This document shows positions 34,383-49,834 of a stretch of DNA of 64,000 bases, one piece after another (the first letter of the stretch is position 1; each line of letters opens with the position of its first letter). Source of the stretch: Tubulanus polymorphus (Eukaryota > Animalia > Nemertea); NCBI RefSeq assembly GCF_964204645.1, contig NC_134030.1, forward strand, positions 14,198,110-14,262,109, written 5' to 3'. A program made the translations under genes and the position numbers. The notes beneath the pieces are model-generated. The model was given only the letters and a program-made list of their open reading frames with translations. It had not been told where the DNA came from and made no database searches.

Positions 34383-37300
34383 ACACGATTGTATTAATAG
34401 GTATTGACTCTAGCTGGTTTTTTAGAATTTGAATATATCGACGATTGATTGGACTCACCGGCAACCAGTCTAGCCCCAATATTAATGACGTAGTACATGT
34501 CCACTCAAACTCTATTATTGAATATCCATCAAACTTAACATTAATTGATAGTCATGAAATTTGATGGATCCAGAAATTAATGTAATGTCATCTCCGTGTA
34601 ACGCTAATATTGATGACTTGGTTCACATCGATTCAAGCATTACCCCTAAAATGACGCACAGTAGACCAAGTTATGAAAATAACATTATTGTTACAGGTTT
34701 TACGGCTTCAGAAAGTATGTTTGGTCAAATGTTTATATCTCGGTCATATTTCAACTAAAAAAAAATCATTGGCTACCGGGTGGGTCAATAATTCTACTTT
34801 TGAAATTGAATTTCCTGCTTTTATTTTTTTTTCGGGCTCCAGAATTTGGAGGAACAAGGTATCTTTTGTAGCCAAAGCTGTTGTGATCGATATATTCTTT
34901 GATTTGTTGTTAAGCATTCTCTCATTTGTTTACGTCACATAATGCCTCCACGTCGCCGTTGGATTTTTCTGTCATATGATGCCTTTATCTTTCTTCTATT
35001 TCATCTGTATTTCTATATTTTGTTTTATTGAACCTATTCTCAGCAACGTGGTATTATCTACATGCAGAAGTTAATTTAGCGTAGCTTTTGAAAAACTTTT
35101 CTCGAGGTCAGAGTAGATATTTGAAAAAGCATGGCTGATGATCTGAATTGATAGAAATGGATACATCTAATGTGGTGCCCGCACCACTACTGTAGCAATA
35201 TGACAGGCGAGAATCCGCCAGGTTCGCTAGTGGTTGCTCGGTTACCTTAATTTCTTACTACATTTTAATTAAATTCGTGTCAACTTTTCTCATTAGTAAA
35301 TCAATTTCTAATAATACTCTACCATACACTTACTGGGACCGTCAATATTTCATTTGGGTGCCTAAAAATCCAGTTCCAAGTTCATTGAAAATGAAGTAAT
35401 TTTCACTACGTATAACTGAGTGTATTGTAGCGCCATCTGGTCTGTGCCGAAACCACATTGAATCAATGAATAGAAAGATAGCTTACGGCAGAGCTTTTGC
35501 TCCTATTCCTAATTTTTTGCAGCACGCTTGCACAGCGGATGGTAAAAATGTATTGCTATGGAGTGAATTTAGGAAGGTCTAATCGAAACCTGGCATGCTG
35601 CCAGCTATTAACGACAGTTGGGTGCGGTCAACCCTCGGTGCATCAATCACTGGTAGATTAATTTCAAGGAGAATGTGTTTGTAAGTTTCACACTTTGAAC
35701 GAGGCAATGATCGGATCAATGCATGCGATTCGGACAACAATTTGCGTTATGGATAATATAACCGTTCGTTGAGTGTTAGGGCATATTACTATTAGGCATA
35801 AACCCCTTGATTATTGGGTTTCTGACCATTCGACAGAAAAACCCTATGGTACCTTACTGTCGAGACGTAAACATCATTTGCCCGCACTGAACTATCCATC
35901 ATTGTGATATTTGTGGCGTGTTCTTGCCGTTAATTTTTTTCTGCAAAACCATCTGAGCTACGGACTTCGATACGTACTAATGAATTCAATAATTTCCAAA
36001 AATCGCCTGCGTAATGGATTAATCGCTTTCAAGAAACAGAATCTTGAATGTACAAAACCATTGATCGCTGATTTGTAGCTATGTGTAACTGAATAAAAGT
36101 TTTTATGGGATTACCAATGAAGTTTAAATCATGCGCAGTTAGCATAATGAACAAATCAAGTTCTTGAAATTAGACAGAGATTCGCATGAGTTGTAAAAAC
36201 CTATGTGAATTAGACAGCTTCACTGTACAAAATGTGATTAGTAAATACCCGTTACATTTGGGTAAATTGAAAACTAATAATGGCTGCATGACTATCGGTG
36301 GACTATATCGGACTGTTTTTTTACATTACACCGCATTACCATTAGTCATTCGAAATTCATTTTTCTATCATAAAAACCGAATAAATCATTCTAAATTTAC
36401 TCAGATAATGAGTAATTAATGCGTCCCCGCGGAGTCTAACGATAGCGACACTACATACAGGAACCGTCGCACGAGGAAAAGGGGGAATGAAACCATATAT
36501 TAAGCAATTAGCGCCAGTGAGGGTCGAGTGAGGGGGATGGAGTAACGTGGGTTGGATGAAGGGAAAGGAAAATCTTCAAAATTTTGGACATTCGCAAATC
36601 CAGGTGGCGCCTTCCGAACCGATCGCAAGAGTTGGCCTATGAAATATTCTACGTAGGTCAGGTAAGAGACGCGAAGTAACGCTATTTCGGATATAATAGG
36701 GTTGTCGCTCACGGACGATTGTAGCATAAAACTAAAAGAATAATAATAATAATGAAATATAATAATAATAGAATAATAATCAATAATATCAATAATAATT
36801 AATTAATAATAAAAATAATTATTATTTCTTAATGTATGTTAGTTGTAGATTGTCGATAACAACAAGCACTAAATCAATCGATTAATCATTAATGGAATTG
36901 GTCGGGGGCTCGGGCTGCTGTACAATGTTGATAATAGCTTTTTCAGCCCACCAAATCGACAACGATAAAAAACGATAGGCAACATAAGTATGAGAATCAA
37001 ATCTCTTCTACTTGTTAAAGTTTCTATTGCCTTACAAATGTCACTCTCAGTACCAGAATTACAGTATCTGAATCGAACATAAGTGGTGTTCTCTCCACTA
37101 ATATTTGCAGAACCTGGTTTACATTGTAATATCATCAATCTCAAATCCCCTTTTACAAATTGTCAGAAATTTTTCAAGATTTGTTCGTTACAATAGTTGT
37201 AGGATTATTTACGGTGAGTTTCAGTTACTATAAAATCCACATAAGTACACATTGAACTATCTGATCTAGTCATTGCAAACCTATCACAGTCATGTCGATC

Positions 37301-39297
37301 ATGTTGAATCCTACGCGAATCGAACGAATGAAATCTTATGGCATGATGCGAGATCAAATAATTTCTCTTTCTGCACTGTGCTTGACCAAATCGCTCGATG
37401 ACACTAGAATCAGTATCAATCAACATTCATCGTGTGTTGTTTGGACTAAAAATATTTTAAAACATGAAAACCCATATACTGCAATATCAAGATTTTCAAC
37501 GATTTTTTTTTCTTGATATCGGCTATTCGAAAAACGTTAAGGCCCGTATAGATTTTAAACCGAGAAATAATAAAGGTCGACTTCGATGGGCCCTATTCAC
37601 CAGAATTGTATAATGCGTACAGTTGTACACTATCAGAGTAAAGTTTGGAGAAATTAGTACAATGAATGTACACAGGTCGACATACCTATTAGAACCGGGT
37701 CAAATCCTTTCTGTGTGAGCATGGATTAAGTAAGGTCTTAAGGGATAGAAAATAGTTATGTTCGGAGTAGGCTTATCGTACTCACGTAATAAGGTATTGG
37801 CTATTGGTAAGGCCTATTTCATCATTACACTGAATAACACGTAGGATTTTTCAGAATATCAAGATTGCCAAAAGTTTTCACCGATTTCATTCAGGAGAAA
37901 TTTAAAGTTAAATGTAATTCATCACCTAAAACAATACAAGTGGAACATTATCTATCATTTCTATCTAACTGAAGGTTTGATGATTCATTTACAGGCAAAA
38001 GATAGGACCCAATTCTAAATTCGAATAAGCTTATTACTAAGTCCTGTCAAGTTAACTAATATACCATTCTTATTTGATATCATTTTTGTATCGTATATAA
38101 TCGATGTATCGGATTAGCATCTATTGTGGAAATGGTATCTCGCAGATTGCGGGAATTCGATGATGTATTAGTAGTACTAAGGGATTGTCAATAGTCTATC
38201 TATTAGTCTGTCTAAGTCTATTTATACTTGAATTTGAAATTGAAAATTTATCCCATTAGACGGCCTTCTCATCTTAATATTCTCTAGCGACGGGAGCTGG
38301 AACACAAAGTATGAGGTAGAATCCAGTGGGGAAGTTTAAAATCGCTTTGACCAGTATTCTTTTTAACCATCGACAAGACGTAGGATTCGAGGGGCATTGT
38401 CGCTTTCGTCTGTCCTGGTGGGTGGGTGTACGTGTCTAGGAAGAGCTTGTTTTCGCTATACAGCTTATACACTTTTAAACATAACACGCATGGGGAATAT
38501 CTGAATTCTGGATGTGGGGATGAGCCCTATTGTTTTGTCTAAGGGGCCATCGATGTCCACAACCACTATATTTGTGTGTGAAATATACGTACACTTAATT
38601 GCCGCTCTGCAATCTGCATTTTTTGACCGATCTTCTTGTGACTATGAGTTATTGGTGGAACGAGAATGTGCCATATTGTTTTGGCATGTGTGACTTTAAA
38701 GATGACCATTGTAGGCACATGCTAAGGCAACATATGTATTTTGTTCTTTGTTCTGCTCTACAGTCTACGAGTTTGGACCAATTTTGTCATAGCTCGGTAC
38801 GTGGATTATGTATCAAATGACTCATGATATGGTCTTCATACACATACTTGTAAAACCTTGATATATTCCAATCGAGGGGTATTGCTAGCATACCTCTGGT
38901 TTGTATATTCGAAGCCTGATTCAAGTCTAGTATATTGCTCAGATCAAACATCTAGTAAAAGACCCAGACTTCGGCAATTGTTATCTTCTTAGAACAATTA
39001 TAAACAGATGCGGATCCGGAGAGAGGGTTTCAGTGGTCGTGACATCCCCCCCGTGCTCAGCTACCAAAAAATTTATTTATGGGAAACAATGAAAATAAAT
39101 GAAAAAATAATTCATTAGTGGCAGTAAATGGAATATGAAATAACTGCCATGTACTTAAGTTATGGTTGACGGGTTGTCACATCTCATCGTTTACTGTGTC
39201 GGCTGTCAACGGTCATTTGCTGTTAACACTAACCGCAGAACGCTAAACGCGCACCATGCCGTGAACTGACTTATCAAGTGAAATTCACTTTCGGATT

Positions 39298-39416
<119 letters not shown>

Positions 39417-41559
39417 TTTTATCATGCACATTGGTCTCTGTTACTCACTGGGATTTGAACTTGGAAGCACCATACCGATGATACGCAAAATAGAAGAAAC
39501 GTTGTGATGCATACAACGTGCATAGTCAAACAATTAACCATCCGGCTCAACTGATATAACTGTTTTACTCAACAATCATCTCTAATTCTAGTAGTGTTCT
39601 CTAGCTTTGATTTATCTGCGGAAGTGTGCTCCGTTGCCTAATGCTCGTTTTATTTCGTTCACGTTTTTGACATCGGGTCTACAACAGCGCGATATGTCAT
39701 TAGCTCTCATCGGACGGTCACGTGATCGTGTGCGCTGAAATACATAATTCTTCCACTTGCCGTGTAATTCGACTTAAATTCAAGTTAAGATAGACTTGGT
39801 TCTACATTACGTCCTGTGCCTTTTCTCTTAATCATTCACCATAAAAAGTTAATCGGAAATTTCGGTGAAAATGCATGTTTCGATTTTGGAACCCAGAACC
39901 TTGAGAGACAATGTATCTTATTTCTAAGTTAATGTAATCGATTTTCTCCCGCGCTATAATTGATATTCTCTCGATTATTATGGTTTGTAGAAATACCTGT
40001 TGCAATTCCCTATCACATTATCATTATTATTATCTGACCTAATGGCGTAGTTGGTCTCAGTTCCGCTTAGTTTTTTCGAGTGTGATGTAAATCGATGATC
40101 AATAGTCAATAATGAAAGATTGGGTAGGTCAAAGAAAATGTCGTCGAATATACAGTCGAGCCCACTTTAGTCGAATTAAATTGGCCCAGAGATCATATTG
40201 CGAAATAAGTCAAAATTCAACCTCGAAAATTTGCGTCTGGCTTTTTATGCGCGTATACCGTAAGTAAACGTTTAGTAAGTTGCGTTTAAATAAACGCAAA
40301 TAAATAGCTACGTGTACCTTGTTTTGGTTACCTTGTACCTTGAGGGATAATAGATCGCCAGATTAAAGTTTGTAAAGTTGATGGAATGACTGATATAACG
40401 AAGATAACTATGAAAGAACAAGTTGAGTTATTGAACATAATATGATTTAGCAATTTAAATATGGCTACAAATCAGGGATAGAGAGTTTCTGCAAATTGGC
40501 TTGAGTCATCATATGCTCTAAAATTCTAAATAATTGTAGGCTCGAAGGAAAAATGATTGATATTATTAATATTATAACATACTTTGTGGTAGGGAAAAGA
40601 TGATGGAGGGAATTTGATACAATTTTATAAGTATAATAACAAATATAAGTGGAATACAGGCATTTTATTGTAGTGCCTCCTAGTGGAAAATATATGAACT
40701 TAACTAATTTGGTATCGAGTTGTATCTAATGGGACTACCTGTATACCAGGTTTTATTATATGACCTTTTTTTCTAAAAGGACTACCTTGTTTGAAAAAGA
40801 TGCACCAGATTTGAATATCAATGGGATTTTTCCAAAAAAGTATCAAGATACCAGCTTTTGTAATGATAACTTAAGTTACCCCAGTACCACAGTAAAGGCG
40901 TTTTAATATTTCGCCCCTATTATGAACTAAATGTAATTTGATAGACCGTTTGATAGCCATTTCATAACAAGAGGCCCATGAGCCTTAAAGCATTGGTAGA
41001 TTATACTGTGTTAAGGTATTAAGTGAAATGTTTACATCTGCCGGCAAATGTTCTATGACGATGTTGATTGGGAGGACCACAGACTTAAGGTCAATTTGTG
41101 TTAGTACGATTTTCATTTATACTGAAAATGAATTTCATTTTTCTGCCGAACGATTTAGCCTAGGCTATTTGTACTGTTAAACCCCATTAATGCGATTCTG
41201 TTGAAAAGACGAAACTAGTTTATTCTAATTTTCTCCATCATGTCACAGCCAAGATATTTATATCAATCAAGATTTGGATCCAAAAACCATTTTTTTCGCC
41301 TGAACTGTGAGGCCCCACTGAATAATCATAACAAAAAGAAAACGATTTTTCTCAATGCAATAGCAAGATCCCCTGATGCGTGATAGGTATACGTAGATCA
41401 ACCGGTCAAACGTACGCATGCAAAACGTTGCACAGAGAACGATGACGGCGTTGGTGTCACTGAGGCCGGCTGATGATTGTTTGTTTGTCTTTTAGTTTCT
41501 TTGGATTTACGTTGTTTGGATCTTGGTTTCCCAAGACTAACCCTATTTGATTGTTTATT

Positions 41560-41699
41560 TAACCTCTCGGCGGTACGGCGTTTGAAGTGTTTCCTGCACA
41601 CTGTACGAAGCCAGCAGGACTCGAACCCATTTGTCGTCACTCAGTACTAAGCACTGGATTCAACAGCATCACGCACTATCTCACTGAGCTACCGAGGCC
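41560..41699 (-). mobile_element. tRNA-derived SINE head
   Basis: Minus strand has GGCCTCGGTAGCTCAGTGAG (A box) and GGGTTCGAGTCC (B box, ~41617-41628); no complete cloverleaf. Confidence 0.7.
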
Positions 41700-44600
41700 G
41701 GTCGATTCAATTCCAAAATAAACTACAGCAGTGGCAAATAACCATCGTAATGTTGCAATTTACGACAAACAACGTGTAAATTTAATCACTGTTATGGTGT
41801 TCAACGCATGGAAAAGATACAAGTTATTTTTCCCGGTGCGCATTACAAAGTGGATCTGGCCCAATTCGGATATAGCACAGTATAGTGCCTTGGCGTAGAG
41901 TTAATAAGTTGTGTGGTTAATGTATCAGCGCATAGATACATTGGCGCATGAATACATTGATAATTGGGTATTAATGCGCGGCAAAGGAACAGTTCATGTA
42001 CAGGTTGACCGACGACTAGTGACAGTTGACTACTGTTGGTTGTTTGTTGGTTGGCCCATGGGAGAGATGATAAAGTGCATATCTCATCCGCTGGTTGACG
42101 GTCGACGGATGACACGATGCAATTTTGTCGCCAATTTATGTACAAGGATCGTGGTGACAAAAATGAGAGACGATAGAGTGCATAGACCTATATGATCCGT
42201 TGGTTGACGGTCGACGGACGACACGTCGAAATGTTGTCGCCAATGTATGTACAGGGATCGTGGGTTGACTGGTTGACGGGTGACCACAAAACACAAACAA
42301 ACAAAAGAAGTAAATAAACAACGTATTAATGTATTAGGTTTTATTAACGAAATGATTACACAATGAAATTTAGTTATCAAAGTCCATTAGTTGGCCAGAC
42401 ACCCGGGTGGTATCCCAGAATTTCGCGGTATAAGTGTCCTGATTTATTCCGGCTCTTTTAAGCTGCGTCGCATCAGGTGCCAATGTCTCCGGTGCCGGTT
42501 TATAGAAAATGTGTCGAGAAGCGTTGCGCATTTTGCGGTTGGTATACTTACCTAATCCCGCACTCGCTTGTGCTTGTAGTTCAACTGAAATTGGAATAAC
42601 GCCGAAATAACGATACTGTGGTCAACATAATAATGTGGATTGCTTAGATTAATTGCGATTGTTGTAAAATGTAAAATAACATGGAATTAATTTGAAGTGA
42701 GCATAGCGTACCTACAATTTCTTGAGCTAGAGAGCCTTCTGTATGTCGCTGTATTTGGCGGCTGTCGACTAAAGGGCCTGGTAAGTGGCATATTGTCCTT
42801 ACAATGCGATCTCTAAAAGACTTAATTGGTGGAATACGGCATGACGATTTTCCTTGATCTCTTGATGTAGCTGTGGCGGCCTAAACGATAAGAATATATA
42901 GTAGAAATTGATAATGTATTTATTACACGACATAATGCAATAAATGTAAACGATTATTATGAAATACTTACGGAAATGAACAAAATCTTTTGTAGACACG
43001 TCGACATGTTGACACATGGAATGTTGGCCGGAGTGTTAACGGCTGGCGGTGTCACGGGGTTTTTCATGTGTTTGGTCACGTGGTGTGTTTGGTGTATGAG
43101 GTTAATAGATCGTTAATAGTTAATTTGTTGGTTGGTAGATACGTCCACACGTTGACACATGGAATGTTAAAGGCTGGCGATGTGAATATGTCGACATGAC
43201 AACTTTCTTTGGGATACACATAAACCGAACAACGCAGTAAGCATACGCGAAGGAACTATACTATGCAATACCCTACTTGAGCCGTCTATCTGCCGAGTGC
43301 GTAGGGGGCTGCTACCGCCTCGTGCGCAGGGGGCGGACAGAGCATCTTAAAGTGAAAACTTATCTTAGAATACAGCCGAACCGATGGAATTTTACAATAA
43401 ACTGTCAGTCAACTGATTGATGACACAACATGGTTGTTCTCGGCGTATTTAACAATGATATTTTCCTCCAATAAACAACTGAATAAGATGATCTATCTTT
43501 ATTGGTGATATCGTATCATGGTGTTAGCCTACCGTTTACCGTTTGTTGTTTCGTGTTATTATGAAGTGGTTTTAACTTTAGTAAAGGCGTTCCCGCGAGA
43601 TCAGATAACTTACCTAACTTACTTCAGTCACGAATAGGCCTGCCGTTCCATGCTCTGGAAATACGTATTCTGACGCTGAGAATAAATCCCAATTGATCCC
43701 ATGGCTACTGGCTACTGATAGTTGGAATAACAGGGATATTTAAACACCATGATATCTATAAATCGGAGGTACATACTTTCATGTTTTTTCTATTCAGAAG
43801 AGGCCGTTCCCCATTTTTTACTGCCAATGTCAATGCAGACATATCACTATGCGATTGCTTAACCCGCTCTCATCTACCAGATACCTAACGAGAAAATTGC
43901 GATAGAATAACTTTTTGGACCATTAAATCAGAAATCTGATGACGCTACGTTGTGGGGAATAATTTAAACATTATTTTGAGTCATTTTAAGCTGTTTCTAA
44001 TATTTTACGTGAACGGAGTTACAATTTGAAGTTACAATGGAAATGAAAAGAGTCGACGCAATTTTTTCGTACTACTATTTTAGATCCATTTTACTAGCAT
44101 TGGCATGACGTCATAGACGTTAACCAATGCTAGTAAGCTACCAAATTTAGTGGAAATGGTTGCATCCAATCTGTGTAGTAGGTATTGATTAAAAATGCGT
44201 TTAATGTATTGTAGATGGTGCCAATTGTTTCATTCTTTCAGGAATAGTCTGTATTGAGCAAAATGTTGTCTTGCCTATATCGAAAAATACCAAGCAAAGG
44301 TTTTCTTTTTAAGGTTTGATCTTGGCACCCAACGGTTCTAGCCGCAATCGCGCCTCTACCAACTGGAGTATAATTCAGACAGCGTAAATATTCTGTTAAC
44401 GCACTATACTCAATATATCACTGAATGATATATGTTCTATTTTCCTTCTCAGTTTCCATGATATTATTATATTTCTAGGCGATGCTCACAAAGAACCATC
44501 CGGGGGTAAGTAGTCAAGCGATAGATCCTAATGAAGCGTTTTTTGAGTCAGAGATGTAAGAGTACTTCCGGTTTTTGACGGAATACCGTTTTATTTTTTC

Positions 44601-46248
44601 AATTTCCTGGTAGAAAATGCTGTGAAATTGCATCTGAGAACACTTATGATCTGAGAACACTTACTTAAAACATCTCCTAGCTCCTTCAGTGTGGCGTTTG
44701 GATATCGAATATTTAGGGTTTCTGCTGCTCTAACAGAAACCCCTTATTAATTATGTTGATTATTAGGGTTTCTGCTACTTCGCAGAAACCGTCTTGTTAT
44801 TCTCGTGATTATTACCTTTTCCACTTTCCAGCCAACTTTTTTCATAAAATGTATCTCCTCTCAGATTCGACTACTAACAGCTTATAAACGCAATTTTAAA
44901 TTCTCAGAAATATAACTCAACGTCTGACCATTTCGAATTTGCGTATAGTAATTTATTATGACTTGATCTCGTGTTGTTACCTGGTCTAAACAGCGACAAG
45001 TATAACGCAAAGCATTATCATCCATTGATAAAAGTACATCCCGAAAAGCCTACAAATTACTGGACGACCTCGAGCGTCAACTTCAACCGTAAAACACGGA
45101 TTCAAACTTACAATCAGTCCAGATCCGTCATTTACCGCGAACAATATTCAGCCGTCAATCTCATCCCGTCATTATTTTTCATTGTCTTTCTTTGTTTTTT
45201 CTCTCTCTCTCTCTCTCTTCTTTTTTTTTGCTTTTCAAGGGTGCTTGCTATAGCGGCCTTTTGGCTTTTGCTTGGCCCTCAAAAGAAAGCCTTCTTAATT
45301 TTATTTTTGTTCTGTTTATCAATATTCTTATAACATGCTTTCTAATGAAATAATTTGAAATTGATATTGAATTGAGCCGGTACGCAACAAGTGTCTTATT
45401 AATGAAACAACATGGCGGATGGTTGAAATCATTTTCGGCTTCAATTTATCGCAAATTCATGGCGAGTTTTAGGACTTTAATGAACTATGATCCCTAAAAT
45501 GAATCAATTGATTAATTCTATTCGTAAATCAATTTACGTTAGCTACATTTCCTGAAGATTTCTGGCACAAATCAACGTAATATGGACAGAAATTTTAGGG
45601 ATTTTCGTATGGAATTTTACTTCCGCGTTCACTTGACGACTCGGATCGATAACAACGTCAGCAGAGTTTATGAAATTTAAGGTGAGAATCCATTAACCAG
45701 GGAATATTGGACATGATTTCTTGGTCTAACTACAATTAAGGTCCCCATTCCTCTGGGTGGTACAATGATATGAGTAAATGGTAGCTACCATCGTTGGCTA
45801 CCTACGTAATGCCTAGCTTTTTGGGGGGACACACCTAAAATAGATTTAGGCCCTTAATGTAGTGTGTAGAGCCAGTGGAAAGTAGTAAATTAAGGGGCTG
45901 GTTTACACTTGAGGTATATGACTACGGTATTTATTTCGATTACTTTCTTTCCAGCTATTATTCGTGGAATGAACTGGTTACTACGGTCTTCAATTCATTT
46001 GCGGATTCTTGCAGCTAGTGGGAATATATTCAAACCACAGTGCTGTCTCAGATGCTGTAAGTACTTGACGTTTTGTGTAATCTAATGCCATGTTTGAAAT
46101 ATTTGGATCAGTAATCCGTCGTGCTGACGTACATGCAGAATCGGATTCATTGTTATTATGGGATAATAATTCATGGGCATCAATAGTCCTACGATATACC
46201 CTTGATATGAAGCTATTTTTTTTCAGAGACTTGTTTTGTAGTAAACCG

Positions 46249-46904
46249 AATAGCCCTGTAAAGCTGCAGCAATAACGGTTTTTCTGACATTTTACATACA
46301 CGTGACCTGAAGGGATTCATTGCTTTGGATTCCATCAGATATTAATTTATAATAACATTGATAATAGTGCTTTATTGGCGATCTACAACTTTACATATGT
46401 ATGTATTCAAATATTTCAATAAAAAGATGTCTTTTATTGAAATAACAGATATATTTTCCTATCTCTGTTGAACGTCAACTCATCAGAATAAGATTGAGTT
46501 CTTGATAGAACAAATCAAGATCTTTAGTGAAGTGATATTATCAAAATGCTTCACGAATGCATGTTGAAATCAATTAGTATTTATTGAGTACAGGTGGTTT
46601 AATTCAGTTTCAAAGCTGTATCATATCAAAAACATGGTATAAGCACATATACACGTAAGTGCCATATGCCAACGGGTATAATTAGTTTATGCAAATCCCA
46701 ACGGAACTATGAAAGCGCCAGTCAATTAAGGAACATCAGTACTTTTTACGTGGTAGCCTTTGTGGATCCAAATATCGCGGATGTGTCGCGCTCCTTCAAA
46801 ATAGTTGCATGTTATACTGATAAGAATCATTTTGGTGAAATCTTTGGTGAATCACATTTAAACCAGCAAGGCAGAAACCCGTTGTCGCTGCTTTGCAGCT
46901 ATAT
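46249..46904. mobile_element. MITE-like dispersed repeat with imperfect TIRs, second copy at ~57991-58612
   Basis: Two colinear ~620-650-bp copies; termini ATAGC...GCAGCAATAAC.GGTTT.CTG and CAGAAACCCGTTGTCGCTGC...GCTAT are inverted. Confidence 0.8.
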
Positions 46905-47926
46905 TCATTATCTTTAGAGCTAAGGCTCTTTGACTGTGCAACTGAGCATATGTTCATGCAAATCATTCATTAGAGCATTATCCATTCTCCAACCCCTAAG
47001 AAGCTGAACTTTGAAAGAGTGCCTCGTTAAAATTCATATGAGCTTTTTCGCAAAAATCTGATCTAAAAAATATCTGTTTTTAAAAGCCAATCAGAAAGCA
47101 AAGACTCCTCTATGATTGGCCTAGCCACAGAGATCAGCAGGTACTCACGTGAACCCGCAGTATTGACGTCTACCGTTTTACTTCCGAGTTATATTTTGAG
47201 ATCTAAAATTATATTGCAATATCGATTTCTGTGAAATCTTTAGTTAAGTTGTTTTTGGGAGGAGTAATTTGTACCACACTAAATATCATTGACATTTGTG
47301 CATAAATAGCTTTTTCTTAAATCGGATGGATGACCTTGATATGCTAATTAGCCATGTGCTCAAACTGCAAATTCAATCAAATTTTATTCTGCAAGAAAAA
47401 TATCAAATCCAATTCAATTTTGCCCTATTGCACAAGGTAAAACAGCAAATCCAATTCAATTGAGCAAATTTCAGAAAATTCTATTCTATTCCGCATTCAA
47501 ATCACTAAGACCAAGGGAAAGGATTTATCTGAGGTGTTTGTCCCTGCCAGCTCCAGTCGCTGTCTGTGCTACTTATGAAAGTACGATTGAATTGTGTAAA
47601 TTATTTGCCTGGGTTTGACTAGTCTATCGAGCTGGGAGTGTATTTGGACAAATTTAACCCACATAATGCATCATTCGCCATCTTATGAAAAGCTGACAGG
47701 CTGGTCATAGCGCCCCTTTTGGTTCTTGTTATTATTACAATTTTTATTTCTTTTCCACTTTCCAGCCAAAAATTTTTCATTAAATCTTACTCCTCTCAGA
47801 TTCGACCACTAACAGCTTAAAACGTAGTTTTTTATTTCTGTCAGATATATTAACCAGCGTCTGACCATTTCGATTCTGCGTATTGTAATTCTCGTGATTA
47901 TTAACAGCTTATCAATGTAATTGTCA

Positions 47927-48756
47927 ATACAGGATATCGACAAATTCAAGTTCTGGAATTACTCGTTTGATGGCGCTTGTCAGAACCGGAAATTGGAACC
48001 TATATCCGCCATGTTCTAGTTCAGTTGCAATAAAAATCTCTCGCTTCAAGTTTTTAGTTAGCAATATTTTATTTACTATGATCGGCACGCGTAATCCTTT
48101 AAGTGTGATATCCTGACAACGTGTTGAATTCGATAAAACCTCACTTCGAACGCTAAATATCACTAAAAATGTCAAAAAATTACCAAGAATCACAAATTTA
48201 GCGAAGACGCTCGAAGCAGCTAACGGAAGTAAAGACTGGCGCCTGATGTCATCACTTTGTTGTTGAGTTCAAGACTCTAAGGTGAATTTATTGTGGGCTA
48301 CACTGATAAATATGAAATAATATTATGAAATAAAATTGATTTTTGAAGGACTACACTCGTAGATTCATAATAAAAATATGAAAAATACCAGGACTCGAAC
48401 CTAAAATCAAAATTGGGCTATCAAGTGCTGCCACCATGTGCTACCTGGCAACCAGTCTTTACATCGTCAGCTGTTGCAAAATGTTTTTTGATAATTTTAG
48501 GACATTTATAGTGATTTCTATTCTAGCCTTTACAGTGAGGTTTTATCATAACCAGCGTAACGGCAGGTTATCATATTTAAAGGATTACGCGTGAAGATAT
48601 ATAGTAAGTAGAATATCGCTGATTGAAAACTTGAAGCGAGAGATTTTCATGGCAAATGAACTAGAGCATGGCGGATTTAGGTTCCAATTTCCGGTTCTGC
48701 CTAGCGCCATCAAACGAGTAATTCAAGAACTTGAATTTGTCGATATCCCGTATTCT
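47927..48756. repeat. Foldback: ~310-bp inverted arms around a spacer containing a SINE-like piece, nested in a repeat also present at ~44755-45160
   Basis: The opposite-strand spurious ORFs 47924-48193 and 48631-48819 translate almost identically (REIF.A.ELEHGG.RFQFPVL). Confidence 0.85.
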
Positions 48757-49003
48757 GAGAGAAATATAACTCGGCGTCTGACCATTTCGAATTTGCGTAT
48801 AGTAATTTATTATGAATAAATCCCACGTAATTTCCGGGTCTAAACAGCGACAAGAATGTCGCAAAGAAGTTTCATCCGTTGATTGTGAAGTGCACCCAGA
48901 AAAAAAGACTAAAATTACCGGACGACCTTGAACGTCAACTCAACCGTCAATCGCGGATTCGGAAGCCATTCTGGTACATCAATACTTTTTACGTGGTAGC
49001 CCT

Positions 49004-49579
49004 GGGAGCGTTCATAAATTACGTACCTCCATTGGGGGAGGGGGGTTTACTGATTTTTGGTACAAAGTGGTACATGGGGGGAGGGGGGTCAGCAAAGAAG
49101 GTACGTACTTTGAGGGAGGGGGGTATTAATCAATCTTGGTACGTACTTACGTACTTTATGTACCAAACTCAAATGAAAATAGCCGTTGGTGTTTTATCGG
49201 CTTTTAGTACCGGGTATATAAAATCAATAAACAACAATACTTGATTAATTCTTTTGTTGCGTCATTTATTTAATATCGGAATTTTGTTCTAAACAAAATG
49301 TCGAGGTACCACTTGTAGTAGACTTCAACTGGGATTTACCCAATACCGGGTACCCGGTATCGATATTTCACGCACTTGTTGGTACATCATTAATGAAATC
49401 AGGTATTTATATATTTTTTTTGATTTGTGTTCTTTGCATCAATATAATTGGGGGGTGGTCATGGGTGCGATGGTACGTACCTAAGAGGGGGGTCAGTGAA
49501 TTTGGTACAAAGGTGGTACAAGGGGGAGGGTGGTCAGAAAAACGGGAGATTTTGAGGTACGTAATTTGTGAACGCTCCC
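49004..49579. mobile_element. MITE (PIF/Harbinger-like)
   Basis: TIRs GGGAGCGTTCATAAATTACGTACCTC / GAGGTACGTAATTTGTGAACGCTCCC. Confidence 0.88.
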
Positions 49580-49834
49580 TGTAGCTGGATCCACGTGTTG
49601 ACCCAGGTTGCGCTTCTTGGTCCTTTATGGACTGATCAGAATTATTTATGGATATGACATTGAATTGAACAAGCTCATTGATTATCATGTGTAAAGCGGT
49701 CTTAAATCTTTAGACTGGTCTTAAGTTGTTATATTGGCAATACAACTACGACGGTCTTAGACTGGTCTTAAGTCTGAGCCCTAACTATGGACTATTCCCG
49801 TTAGTTATTAAGGTCCTAGGCACCTAGTTTTGGG

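Noticed and set aside
38284-38900. GC-richer stretch that looks like decayed coding sequence (also 36420-36730 and 55690-55990)
   Set aside because: No recognisable motif or consistent reading frame; probably old TE debris.
41560-41699. Possible tRNA gene
   Set aside because: A and B boxes are present, but the spacing is long and there is no acceptor stem; called as a SINE head.
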